Assembly (NCBI GenBank): GCA_965213925.1
Contig: OZ243927.1
Location: forward strand, 2,400,001 to 2,464,000
DNA: 64,000 nt
Direction: 5' to 3'
From: Trueperaceae bacterium
Lineage (GTDB): Bacteria > Deinococcota > Deinococci > Deinococcales > Trueperaceae
The stretch's first letter is position 1; every line of letters begins with the position of its first letter. The notes below the pieces were generated by a model. That model made no database searches. It was not told the DNA's origin and saw only the letters and a list, made by a program, of their open reading frames with translations. The translations under genes and the position numbers were made by a program. This document shows positions 41,907 through 51,672 of this stretch, in pieces.

Positions 41907-42602
41907 TTACTGCTCAATACCGTACGCCACCCCCACGGAGACGCTCACCGAGAGCTGCCCCGCCGAGACGGGCATGTCGCTCGCCGCTTCCATCTGCATC
42001 ATGCGGGTTTGCTGGGGGACGGGCTGCGAGCCGCTGTCTTGCTCCGTGATGCGTTTGACCATGCCCAACTCGACGCCTGCTAAAGAGGCAAGTTGTTCGG
42101 CTTTGTCTCTGGCGGCGTTCATCGCGCTTTCGCGGGCGCGGTCCTCGAGCGCCTTCGCGTCCGCAAAGGTGTAGCGCACGTTGCTCACCTCGTTCGCCCC
42201 GGCTTGGACGCTGCGCCCCAAAAGCGTGCTGAGTTGCTCGGTGTCTCGCACGGTGACGCGCAGCCGGTTCACCACACGAAAGCGCGTGCCCGTGAGTTCA
42301 CCTTCGCGGTTGTAGTTCTGCTCGGGAAAGATGCTCACGTCCACCGTGCGGATGTCCCGCTCGGCGACGCCGAGTGCTCTGAGCGTGGCGAGGAGTCGCG
42401 TGACCTTCTCGCTGACCTCATCGCTCGCCGCGACCACGTCCGCTTGAAAGGCGCTCACGCCTACGTCGAAGGTCGCTAAGTCGGGCTCGGCGTAAACTGT
42501 GCCCACGCCGGTGACAGAGATTGCGTTTTCGTTCATAGAGTCCTGCGCATAGGCGAATGCGCTAAGCAGCGTTAGAAGAATCGCTAGGATAAGAGGCTTC
42601 AT
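41907..42602 (-). CDS. SIMPL (DUF541) periplasmic protein
   Basis: Signal peptide, ISVTGVG..PD, GANEV, ARDKAEQLA. Confidence 0.88.
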   Translation of the reverse strand: MKPLILAILLTLLSAFAYAQDSMNENAISVTGVGTVYAEPDLATFDVGVSAFQADVVAASDEVSEKVTRLLATLRALGVAERDIRTVDVSIFPEQNYNREGELTGTRFRVVNRLRVTVRDTEQLSTLLGRSVQAGANEVSNVRYTFADAKALEDRARESAMNAARDKAEQLASLAGVELGMVKRITEQDSGSQPVPQQTRMMQMEAASDMPVSAGQLSVSVSVGVAYGIEQ

Positions 42603-42707
42603 CGGTAACTCCTTTGGTTGAAAGATTAGGTTCGGATGACCTACTCTAACTCGGAGTATGACGCCCAACTTTAATAAACCCTTCTAAAGGAGCTAAACGG
42701 CGCTTCA

Positions 42708-43277
42708 TCAAACGCGTTCGTTCTTGACTTGCCACGCTTGCCAGAGGTGCCGCCGCTCGTGTGCGAGCAGCAAGCCGAACGCCTCGGAGCCGCTCATCCT
42801 GAGCCATTTACTTTCAGGAGACGTGATTTTCAGCGTGTTGAGAGGTAAACCTTCGGCGCGGAGCAAGAGGTCGCGCATCTTTTCTTGAAGACTTAAAAAG
42901 GTCGGCAGCGCGGACGCATCCGGTACGGCGACAGGGCGAAAGGCTTTGGGAGACGCCATGCGCCAGCGGACAGGCGGCTCCTGTGCGCGGATGAAAAGAC
43001 CCGTGAGCAGACCGTAGCGAAGCGTTCCGTTGCCCCTTTCGCCCTTCGCTTTCGCCGCGCCTACGACGGGCTCGAGCATCTCCAAATAAAGCTCACCCGT
43101 GATGTTGAGATGCACCAAACATTCCTGAACCGACCAGCCGCCCGAGAGAGGTTGTTGCGTGAACTGCTCAGGGGTTAAGCCAGCGCAGAGGTCTTTGGCA
43201 TCCTCCTCGATATCGCGGAGTTGCTCTTCGAAGGACGCTACGCTCGGTTTCCCTATCTTCGTCGCCGCTACGGTCAT
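42708..43277 (-). CDS. DinB family protein
   Basis: WSVQECLVHL, HERRHLWQ. Confidence 0.85.
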   Translation of the reverse strand: MTVAATKIGKPSVASFEEQLRDIEEDAKDLCAGLTPEQFTQQPLSGGWSVQECLVHLNITGELYLEMLEPVVGAAKAKGERGNGTLRYGLLTGLFIRAQEPPVRWRMASPKAFRPVAVPDASALPTFLSLQEKMRDLLLRAEGLPLNTLKITSPESKWLRMSGSEAFGLLLAHERRHLWQAWQVKNERV

Positions 43278-43441
43278 TGTTTTCCTCCTTTCGGACTATT
43301 TTAGGGAAGAGGTCAATGTACGGACCAGGTGGAAATGTCCCGGGTGTTATCGAATTGTATAAACGGGTGTACAACGCTGCCTCGCAGGGGAGATTCATGA
43401 ATCTCCCCTACGCCGCCCGCTCTATCTACGTGTTCCCACGC

Positions 43442-45019
43442 TCAACCAAACAACTTTTCGACTTCCACCTCATCTTGCGGCTCGATATAGGCCGTGTCCA
43501 TCTGTGCGAGTTGAAGTTTGCCCGATACGTCGTCGTTGACGCCGTGCCAGTAGGTGTACGAATCTAAGACCCAAATCCCCGACTCGCGCGCGCCGTTGCC
43601 CGAGCCCTTCACGCCGCCAAAAGGCATGTGCGCCTCCGCGCCCGAGGTCGAGTTGTTGATACTCGTCATGCCCGCCTGAATCTCATCCTTGAAGCGGTGC
43701 GCCCATTCGCGATTGTTGGTGTAAATCGCGGAGGATAAGCCGTAGTCTACGGCGTTGGCGACCCCTATGGCTTCTTCGATCCCCTCGACTTTGACGAGGT
43801 TGATGGTCGGTCCGAAGACCTCTTGTTGAAACTGCCGCATTCCCGGTTTGACGCCCTCCCAGATGGTGGGCCAACCGTAGAAGCTGCTGTCCGCGTCGCT
43901 CACGAAGCCTTCGGGCTTGTTGTCTTTCGTAATGCGACCTTCACCGTAAAGGCGCGTCGCCCCGTCCTCTTCGCCCCAGGTGTAATGCTCCGCCCAGCGC
44001 TCATAGAACTTCTCGCTGATAAAAGGACCGTAGAGCACGTCCTCCACCTCGTTCGGGTCGCCGATTTTGACCTCTTTAGCAGCGGCTAAGAACTTCTCTT
44101 TGAACTCGTCGTAAATAGGCGCGTCCACGATGAGGTTGCCCGCCGAGGTGCAGCGCTGCCCGCCCGTGCCGAACGACGCCCAAAGCGCCCCGGTTACGGC
44201 GTTCTCCAGGTCCGCGTCGCGCATGACCACTAAAGGATTTTTGCCGCCGAGTTCTAAGGTCGGGTGTAGGAGGTTGCGCCCTGCCACCCCGCCGATCATC
44301 TTGCCGACTTCAGTCGAACCCGTAAAGGCGAACTTGCCCAGGTAGCCCTCGTCCATCATATCGATGAGGTGCTGACCCGCTTTGTCTTTGCCGCCGCCGA
44401 AGACGAGATTGACGACCCCTTCGGGGATGCCCGCCTCCTGAATCAGCTTGACGAAAGCGTACGCGACGGCGGGCGCGTCCTCCGAGGGCTTCCAGACGAC
44501 CGTGTTACCTGTGACGAGCGCCGGGATGATCTTCCAACTCGGCACGGCGATGGGGAAGTTGCCCGCCGTGACCATGCCGACCACGCCGAGCGGTCGGCGG
44601 TAGGTGTTGAGGTCTTTATTGGGCATTTCCGAGGGGACGGTTTGCCCGTACAGTCGGCGACCTTCGGACTGAAAGAAGTGGCAGGTGTCGATAGCTTCTT
44701 GCACCTCGCCTCTCGCCTCTTTGAGCGTTTTGCCCATCTCTCGAGTAACGAGACGCGAGAGCGCTTCTTTCTCTCGCTCTAAAGCTGTCCCGATTGTGCC
44801 GATGAGTTCGCCGCGCACCGGGGCGGGCGTCTTCGACCAGCGCTTGAAGGCGTCTTTAGCGACCCGGCAGGCTTCGCGGACTTGCTCCTTGGTCGCTTCG
44901 GGAAAGGTGCCGATAATATCTTCTTGGTTGGACGAGTTGCGCGACTCGAAGGTTTCTTGACTCTCGACCTCTTGACCTCCGATAAGGTTGGTGAATGTTT
45001 TTGTGGCTGTTTGGGGCAT
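43442..45019 (-). CDS. Aldehyde dehydrogenase
   Basis: FTGS, LELGGKN, GQRCT, EVFGP. Confidence 0.92.
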   Translation of the reverse strand: MPQTATKTFTNLIGGQEVESQETFESRNSSNQEDIIGTFPEATKEQVREACRVAKDAFKRWSKTPAPVRGELIGTIGTALEREKEALSRLVTREMGKTLKEARGEVQEAIDTCHFFQSEGRRLYGQTVPSEMPNKDLNTYRRPLGVVGMVTAGNFPIAVPSWKIIPALVTGNTVVWKPSEDAPAVAYAFVKLIQEAGIPEGVVNLVFGGGKDKAGQHLIDMMDEGYLGKFAFTGSTEVGKMIGGVAGRNLLHPTLELGGKNPLVVMRDADLENAVTGALWASFGTGGQRCTSAGNLIVDAPIYDEFKEKFLAAAKEVKIGDPNEVEDVLYGPFISEKFYERWAEHYTWGEEDGATRLYGEGRITKDNKPEGFVSDADSSFYGWPTIWEGVKPGMRQFQQEVFGPTINLVKVEGIEEAIGVANAVDYGLSSAIYTNNREWAHRFKDEIQAGMTSINNSTSGAEAHMPFGGVKGSGNGARESGIWVLDSYTYWHGVNDDVSGKLQLAQMDTAYIEPQDEVEVEKLFG

Positions 45020-45235
45020 GTGTTTCTCCTCTACGTCAACGAGTGTTTTCTCGATGCTAGCACGAGGGAAGCTCGAGACTTCACTGTGCAAAGAGGTCGA
45101 GAAAACACGCGGGCGCAATTTTGAAAGAGGCTCGAGCCTACGTTAAGAACCGTCTTTACGCTATTCGGAGAGTGTGACCCGAAAATACCGTGAGCAACGC
45201 GCTACGGCACGTTTTGCAGATAAAATCGAGAGGTT

Positions 45236-45532
45236 GTGAGCGTCACTGCGAAGCCCGCCAAACCTGAACACTGCGCCATGTGCGCCCGCGACAAACCCTT
45301 GACCTTTCACCACCTCATCCCGCGCACGAACCATAGCAACAAGTGGTTCAAAAAGCGCTTCGACAAACTGGACATGACCCACCGGGGGGTGTGGCTCTGC
45401 CGCGCCTGTCACAAGCATCTGCACCGCACCTTCTCCGAAAAGGAGCTAGGGCGCGAGTACAACACGCTCGAGGCGATTCTCTCAGAGCCGCAGATTCAGA
45501 AGTTCGTGGGGTGGGTTAGGAAGCAGCGTTAG
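45236..45532 (+). CDS. Small HNH-like Zn-binding protein
   Basis: CAMC, HHLIP, LCRACH. Confidence 0.75.
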   Translation: MSVTAKPAKPEHCAMCARDKPLTFHHLIPRTNHSNKWFKKRFDKLDMTHRGVWLCRACHKHLHRTFSEKELGREYNTLEAILSEPQIQKFVGWVRKQR

Positions 45533-45676
45533 GTGGCGGCTTGTTTACGTTGCAAAGGCGAACGGGCTTGACGTGAAAAAGGCAGAAGGGAAATTTCTTC
45601 GTTCTCCCTTCCGCCTTCTCAACTCTGCTTCTCAGCACCCAGGCTTCGAAGCAACTTGCTCTAAATCTTCCGACCT

Positions 45677-46162
45677 CTAACGCTTCTTACCTAAAAAACG
45701 CTTCGCGGCAAACGCTGCGAGTCCGGCTAGCGCCATTTTGCCGCCGCGACTATTCAGCGGGCTATTTTGCCCCATGAGTTGCTCCAAGAGGTCGGGGTCT
45801 TGCTTGGCGGCGCGGCGCGTCATCTTGCCTAGCTCTCTGGGTGACGCGGCTTGCTCCACGTCGTTCGTCCTGTCGTAACCCTGATAGGAGCGGTTGCCGT
45901 CCTCGGTCGCCTTGAGGTAGCGCTCCGCTAAGTCGCGCCGCTCTTGGGGCGAGAGATTGCTGAAGGCGCGTTCGTACTCGCGCTGCACCTCTTCGTCCTC
46001 GTCCTGGTCGTCCACTTGCCCCATCATTTCGCGGTAGCGCTGGGCCGCCTCCCGGTCGGAGATTTGTTCGGGGTTCTCCCGCTGGCGACGCTCGAAGTCG
46101 CGGTAGTCTTCTTCGCGGTTTTTATCCTGCCCAAAAAATTCGTTCAACGCTTTGTCCAACAT
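45677..46162 (-). CDS. Hypothetical protein, paralog of 62465-62938
   Basis: GGAGGG RBS; shared motifs with the paralog along its length. Confidence 0.8.
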   Translation of the reverse strand: MLDKALNEFFGQDKNREEDYRDFERRQRENPEQISDREAAQRYREMMGQVDDQDEDEEVQREYERAFSNLSPQERRDLAERYLKATEDGNRSYQGYDRTNDVEQAASPRELGKMTRRAAKQDPDLLEQLMGQNSPLNSRGGKMALAGLAAFAAKRFLGKKR

Positions 46163-46400
46163 CAGTTTTTCCCTCCTGGTAGAGTGAAAGAATGCTTACA
46201 TTTGCGCCTGTCAACTTCACTATAGAGGGGGATGAAATCAGAGACTGTAGCCATGTTCGGATTGAGGAAGGTGTTTCGACTTGCGCTCACGAGTTGCTGT
46301 GGGCGTGAGCGACAGGATTAACACGCGAGAGCTTGAGGTAGAAAGTTTTTTTCACCGCAAAGCGTTTACGAGCGCGCAGTCAATGCACGAACACCACGGA

Positions 46401-47078
46401 TTACGCCTCGCGAACGGCGTCCTCTAACTCGTCCTTGTCCATCTTGCTACGCCCTGATACATCCAAGTCTTGGGCACGTTCGTAAAGTTCGTCTTTGGTG
46501 AGGTCTGAGAGATTCCCGTCTTCGCTCCCCTCTATCTCCGCGTCACGAATCGCCTGCACGAGTTCGTCTTTGGTCATGGTGCTGCGCCCAGAGATGTCTA
46601 GCTGCGCCGCCCACGTCTGCAACTCGTCCTTGGTCGGCTCCGGTACGTCCTCACCTTCGGCAAAGCCAAGCGCCCACATCGCCTTTTTAACTGCGTCGGG
46701 CCAGTCGGCGTGCTGCTCGCCCTCCCTAGAGACCTCTTTTTTCGTCTTCTCGGCTTCTTTGGTTTGCTCGTCTGTGAGCATTGCCCAAGCTTTTTGGGGC
46801 AAGTAACGCTTCATCGCGCTGCCCTGCTGCGCGTCCGCGTCGCCCTCTTTGGTCTGCCAGTCTTGGTTCGTCCACGCTTCTAAAGACTGCGCCGCGTCGT
46901 CCTTTTCGTCCTTTTTATAGCCGCCGCCCCTTTTTTCATATTCCTGCACCAAAAGCTGACTCTTACGCGCCGACCACTGCCCCGGCTCGCCGCCCTTATC
47001 CGACTGCTTGATGTCCTCTTTCAGCTCGCGGCGCAGGTCGGGTTTGGTGTACTTTTCCTCGTAGTCGTCACTCGCCAT
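46401..47078 (-). CDS. DUF5872-like protein with two Rho-N-like HEH repeats
   Basis: YTKP, GQWSARK, RYLP..AW; two TKDEL...GRS.M.KDEL. Confidence 0.8.
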   Translation of the reverse strand: MASDDYEEKYTKPDLRRELKEDIKQSDKGGEPGQWSARKSQLLVQEYEKRGGGYKKDEKDDAAQSLEAWTNQDWQTKEGDADAQQGSAMKRYLPQKAWAMLTDEQTKEAEKTKKEVSREGEQHADWPDAVKKAMWALGFAEGEDVPEPTKDELQTWAAQLDISGRSTMTKDELVQAIRDAEIEGSEDGNLSDLTKDELYERAQDLDVSGRSKMDKDELEDAVREA

Positions 47079-47553
47079 AGCGCAACCCCTCCAAAACTTG
47101 CTGCGCTTTGTCCGCGTAGTCATTGTCCACCATGACGTTGTAGCTCTCCGCTTGCATCCCCCCTACCGAGGTGAAGTCGCGCTTGCCGCCCGTCATCGCG
47201 TAGCCGACGACGCCTAAGAGTGCACCTGCAATCGCGCCCGCGATTAGACCGTAAAGAAGCATCGTGAGAATAGGCGCGAAGCCGAACAAGCCGAAGATAA
47301 GCCCGATGAAGAGCCCCGTAGTCGCGCCGCTCGCCGCGCCGTTAAGCGTCGCTTTGCCGTAGTCCAGGCTGCCCGTCACCTGTTCGACGAACTTGAGCCC
47401 TTCCGCGACGATGGCGGTGTGCTCGACGGGAAAGTCGTTATCCGAGAGGTAGTCGACGGCTTTTTGCGCGGCGGCGTAGTCTGAATACGTCGCAATCGTT
47501 TGCCTGGGTCTTTTAGATGCTGCCTGGGGGGTTCTCTGCATAGGTTGGTCCAT
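47068..47553 (-). CDS. General stress protein (YflT/17M-like, 2 TM)
   Basis: AQKAVDYLSD..FPV, GKRDFTS. Confidence 0.8.
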   Translation of the reverse strand: MDQPMQRTPQAASKRPRQTIATYSDYAAAQKAVDYLSDNDFPVEHTAIVAEGLKFVEQVTGSLDYGKATLNGAASGATTGLFIGLIFGLFGFAPILTMLLYGLIAGAIAGALLGVVGYAMTGGKRDFTSVGGMQAESYNVMVDNDYADKAQQVLEGLRYGE

Positions 47554-47655
47554 GGGTTCCTCCTGTAAAGTTCAGATTAGGAGGAAACGCGCCCTCGCTT
47601 ATCGCACTGCGTTACAGAGCGGCGCTGTAAGCGTAAGCCAACTGGGTTTATCTCT

Positions 47656-48537
47656 TTAAATGGGGGAGACACCGTCCAACCACGCCCGCAATTCCTTCCC
47701 GATCTCGAGGGGTCTATCCTCCGGCAGAAAATGCAACCCCTCCCCGACATCCACCGCCGTAAGATTCGGCAACCTCTTACACCACGCGACCTCTTCCGCG
47801 CCGATGATCGCCCCCGGCTGCGCGTAGAGGAGGAGCTTGGGAACGTTTGAGGTCTCGAGGTAAGCGTTGTAACCGTCCACGATCTGAACCACGTCAGCAG
47901 GTTGACCCTCGATAGGTATCTCCCTGACCTCTTGCAGGATAGGCTCGCGGTCTTGCGGCTTTACGAAGGGCGCGCGGTAGGCGTTCATCTCCGCTTCGGA
48001 CAACTCGCGCAGGGTGCCGCCCGGTAAGACGGTCTCAACGAAGAAATTCTCCTCCAAAATCATCCGCTCCCCGACGCCTTCTGTGCGCAACTTCTTGAAC
48101 ATCTCCTGTGAGCCTTCGTCAAAATCATCCCAAGTGTTCGTGTGAAGGTGCCCCTCCATGAACGCAACCGCTCTGACGTTTTCGGGATAGCGCGTGAGGT
48201 AGTGAAGCCCAATCGCGACGCCCCAGTCATGCATGACGAAGGTGATGTTGCGGAGCCCTAACATTTCAATGAACGCATCCACGTAGGCGATGTGTTCAAC
48301 CAAGCGGTAGTCGATATCCGGCTTGCCCGACGCCCCCATCCCGATGAGGTCGGGGGCGAGGCAGCGTCCCTTGTCCTCCATGTAGGGAATAACGTTGCGC
48401 CACAGGTACGAAGAGGTTGGGTTGCCGTGTAAAAAGACGATAGGGTCGCCCTGCCCAGCCTCGAGGTAGTGTATAAACGAGTCTTTCACCTCAACCGTCT
48501 TCGAAGTGAGGGACTCAGGAATCGCAGCGTCAAACAT
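47656..48537 (-). CDS. Haloalkane dehalogenase (DhaA-like)
   Basis: HGNPTSSYLW, HDWG, GLHFLPED. Confidence 0.9.
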   Translation of the reverse strand: MFDAAIPESLTSKTVEVKDSFIHYLEAGQGDPIVFLHGNPTSSYLWRNVIPYMEDKGRCLAPDLIGMGASGKPDIDYRLVEHIAYVDAFIEMLGLRNITFVMHDWGVAIGLHYLTRYPENVRAVAFMEGHLHTNTWDDFDEGSQEMFKKLRTEGVGERMILEENFFVETVLPGGTLRELSEAEMNAYRAPFVKPQDREPILQEVREIPIEGQPADVVQIVDGYNAYLETSNVPKLLLYAQPGAIIGAEEVAWCKRLPNLTAVDVGEGLHFLPEDRPLEIGKELRAWLDGVSPI

Positions 48538-48545
48538 CGCCGAGC

Positions 48546-49163
48546 CTACTTGTGCGCTTTATTCGCGTGCGGAAAAGGAACCTCAGGACGCGCCAAGCCG
48601 AGAAAGCCCGCGAGCTTATCCCAGCCGTCGCCCTCCTCCCAGCAGACTTCTAAGAGGTCGCCCGGTCGCGTCTTGAAGTAGCGCCTTATCTCCTCTAAAT
48701 GCCGCTCGTAAAAGCGGATGTGTTCGTCCTTGTGTTCGTGGGGCATGGCGTAGCCGTAGATGACCTTGCGAAACTCCGTGGGTCCGGTCAGCTCGGCGTG
48801 TTTGCGCAGGCTCTCGAACCAGGTTTCGGCGTCTTTGCGTCTCGTTAGGATGAACTTTGTACCGGGAAATGTCTGGTCGAATTCTCTGTAGAGGAGGGGC
48901 CAGGGCCAGTCTTCAAAGGAGTCGAAGTGGCTGGCTTGCCGCAACACGCGCGTGTAGTCGCGCTCGCGCCACGCTCTAAATGCCTCCATACTGTAAGAGG
49001 TGTGCTTCATGCCCCAATGTTGCAAACACACGCCCAAAGTCGAGGTGCCCGTTTTGTTGAGCCCGATGCCGACGACTTTTCCTCTTTCTTCCATCTCTGG
49101 ACCGCTCCCCTTCATCCGATTTCGCGCTGCTTGCGCTGCGAGACGACCTGCGATGATAAACAT
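48546..49163 (-). CDS. Sulfotransferase-family P-loop protein
   Basis: GIGLNKTGTST, KFILTRR, FPHAN. Confidence 0.82.
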   Translation of the reverse strand: MFIIAGRLAAQAARNRMKGSGPEMEERGKVVGIGLNKTGTSTLGVCLQHWGMKHTSYSMEAFRAWRERDYTRVLRQASHFDSFEDWPWPLLYREFDQTFPGTKFILTRRKDAETWFESLRKHAELTGPTEFRKVIYGYAMPHEHKDEHIRFYERHLEEIRRYFKTRPGDLLEVCWEEGDGWDKLAGFLGLARPEVPFPHANKAHK

Positions 49164-49179
49164 ACGTTACCTCCGTTTT

Positions 49180-49290
49180 CAGCAGGTATTATCTGGTCAG
49201 AAGCATTCGCACTTTACAAAACGTTGCTTAGCCCGCACTTTCGGAGATGATACCTGTGCCACTTTGCCTCAGTGTGCTGTAGAGCTGCTA
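49180..49290. mobile_element. MITE family B, diverged copy (111 bp)
   Basis: Colinear with 4146-4256 (agcaggtat.atctggt...gagatgatacctg...ctgcta). Confidence 0.8.
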
Positions 49291-49489
49291 CAGAGTTCGT
49301 TTCTGTTTGCGTCACCTTCAGCGTTTTACTTCTTTTTCTTCGACCTCTTTTCCTACTCAATCTCTTACTTCTTTTGACCTCTTGCCTCGCTAACTCTTTT
49401 CCTTACGAGCCTGCTATTTCGTATGACCTCCTAACCTCATCGGCACTTCTTCTCGAGGAGTTTCTCGAGCACCTCCTTCAGAAAACTAT

Positions 49490-49516
49490 CTGAATCGATT
49501 TTCTGAATCGTTTCAG
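49490..49516. promoter_or_regulatory. Candidate LacI operators
   Basis: Tandem tgaatcgatttt / ctgaatcgtttcag, CG-centred near-palindromes upstream of the LacI gene. Confidence 0.55.
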
Positions 49517-49535
49517 TAGTATAGACTGAAGCTCT

Positions 49536-50657
49536 ATGGATGTCAAATCTTCTCAACCTCTGCGCCGCGTCACCCTCAAAGCCATCGCCGAGGACTTGGG
49601 CGTCGCGCCCTCCACCGTCTCAAACGCCTACAACCGCCCCGACCAACTTTCGCCGGCGTTGCGAGCGAAGGTTTTAGAGCGTGCCAAAGAACTCGGGTAC
49701 GCCGGACCCGACCCGATGGCGGCGAGTCTGCGCCGAGGTAAAACGGGCGCGGTCGGTCTCGTCTTTCCCAACTCGCTCTCCTACACCTTTACCGACCCTA
49801 TCGCCGCTTCGTTCGTGCGAGGCGTCGCGGGCGAAGTGGAGCGCTCGGGCTACGGGCTGCTGCTCGTCGGCGGATTTTTTACCGAAGATAAGGGTGAAGA
49901 CCAAGAGGGCAGTGGTGCACAGCGGGAGACGTTTCTGGCGGCGCAGGCGAACGTGGACGGGTTCGTGCTCTACAACCTCTCGAGCGACGACCCACTCCTA
50001 GAGACGGCGCTGGGGCGCAATTTACCGACTGTACTCGTGGACAATCCTGATGTTGCGGACGTTCCCTCGGTCATCGTTGAGGATGAGGTGGGGGCGTATA
50101 AGGCAGCGGAACACCTGCTCAGCTTGGGTCACAAGAGGTTAGGGGTGATTTCGCTCGAGCTAGACCTGAACGCGAAGGGTGGTCTAATCGACCTGGCGCG
50201 GCAAAAGCGAGCCGCGTATCGTCCGACGCAGACGCGCTTGAAAGGTTATGCCGCCGCCGTGCAAGCCGCTGGGCTCGCCTGGGGCGAGGTGCTCGTCTAC
50301 GAGACGGAGGACAACTCCGTAGAACAGGGGCGGAAAGCGGCGGCGACGCTCCTCAGTCACCTGAGACCTCCGACTGCCCTCCTCGCGATGAGCGACCAAC
50401 TCGCGCTAGGCGCACTCGCCTACGCTACCGAGTGGGGCGTCCGTGTGCCCGCAGACCTCTCCGTCGTCGGCTATGACGACAGCGTGCTTGCGGCGCGAGC
50501 GTCGCCACCACTGACGACCGTGCGCCAACCTTACGTTGACAAGGGGCGCATCGCGGGGGAGATGCTCTTAACCAAGCTTCGCGGCGAGACACCAACCTCT
50601 CGGAGTTTGGAGACGGAACTGGTCGTAAGGGACTCGAGCGGGAAGGCGCAGCGCTGA
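49536..50657 (+). CDS. LacI family transcriptional regulator
   Basis: TLKAIA..LGV..STVS, VVGYDD, LTTVRQ. Confidence 0.93.
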   Translation: MDVKSSQPLRRVTLKAIAEDLGVAPSTVSNAYNRPDQLSPALRAKVLERAKELGYAGPDPMAASLRRGKTGAVGLVFPNSLSYTFTDPIAASFVRGVAGEVERSGYGLLLVGGFFTEDKGEDQEGSGAQRETFLAAQANVDGFVLYNLSSDDPLLETALGRNLPTVLVDNPDVADVPSVIVEDEVGAYKAAEHLLSLGHKRLGVISLELDLNAKGGLIDLARQKRAAYRPTQTRLKGYAAAVQAAGLAWGEVLVYETEDNSVEQGRKAAATLLSHLRPPTALLAMSDQLALGALAYATEWGVRVPADLSVVGYDDSVLAARASPPLTTVRQPYVDKGRIAGEMLLTKLRGETPTSRSLETELVVRDSSGKAQR

Positions 50658-50788
50658 GTAGTGAGATAGGTAAAGCGTGTGTTTACGGGTGAGGAGATGA
50701 GGGATGAGAAGAGAAAGCAGACCTCTTCCCCTCATCCCCGCTACTCGCCGCACCTCCTCACGCCGCCGACTTTACGTTAGACTACCCC

Positions 50789-51427
50789 ATGCCTTTCTAT
50801 CGTTTTGGAGGGGGCTGGCTCGAGCTGATCGTCGGTCCCATGTTTTCAGGCAAGTCCGAAGAACTCATCCGCCGCGTGACCCGCGCCTTCATCGCCAAGC
50901 AAGAGGTGCAGGTCTTTAAGCCCGCGCTAGATACGCGCTACGACGTGGTCTCGGTCGCTTCGCATAACGGGCGCACCTTGGAGGCGGTAGCGGTGCGCGA
51001 CGCCGAGGAGATGGGCGGACGTTTAGAGCCGCAAACCCAAGTGGTCGCCATTGACGAGGGGCAGTTTTTAGGGGACGAACTCGTTTCTCTGGCGCTAGAC
51101 CTAGCGGACGAGGGCAAGCGCGTCATCCTTGCGGGTCTCGACCTGGACTTTCGCGGCGAGCCTTTCGGGGTGATGCCGCAGCTTTTAGCGCGGGCGGAGT
51201 CGGTGACGAAGCTCACCGCCATTTGCAGGTGTACCCGCGCCGCGACGCGCACGCAGAGGCTCATCGGCGGGCATCCGGCGCACTACGACGACCCGGTCAT
51301 CTTAGTCGGCGCAGCCGAGAGCTACGAGCCGCGCTGCCGCGCCTGCCACTGTGTACCGCGTGCGGAGCGGGTGACGCCACTTTTTCAAGTCGGAGCGCGG
51401 CGGGAGAAGGACGGGCTCGAGCGCTAA
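50789..51427 (+). CDS. tdk: Thymidine kinase
   Basis: [22 protein letters not shown]. Confidence 0.95.
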   Translation: MPFYRFGGGWLELIVGPMFSGKSEELIRRVTRAFIAKQEVQVFKPALDTRYDVVSVASHNGRTLEAVAVRDAEEMGGRLEPQTQVVAIDEGQFLGDELVSLALDLADEGKRVILAGLDLDFRGEPFGVMPQLLARAESVTKLTAICRCTRAATRTQRLIGGHPAHYDDPVILVGAAESYEPRCRACHCVPRAERVTPLFQVGARREKDGLER

Positions 51428-51672
51428 CCTGTCCCGAATAAAACGTTCGTAAGTAGAGCATCTGCTACAGTTTATCTAGTACACTTGTACTATCAAGGGT
51501 CGGTCAACGGTTCGGGAGAGCGTCGTGTGACCCTAAAGCAATCGCCGGGCGAGCGCACCTACGCATACACACGGCGCGCCGTGTTCTGCGCGGTGACTCT
51601 AGCCGTACTCAGGAAAGGGGCAAGCCGACGTGTGTTCTCCAACGATAGCTCTGGCGCGGTATACTTAGCCTT

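Noticed and set aside
49295..49480. Pyrimidine-rich tract and ORF 49272-49493
   Set aside because: Strongly skewed composition but no credible protein on either strand; left uncalled
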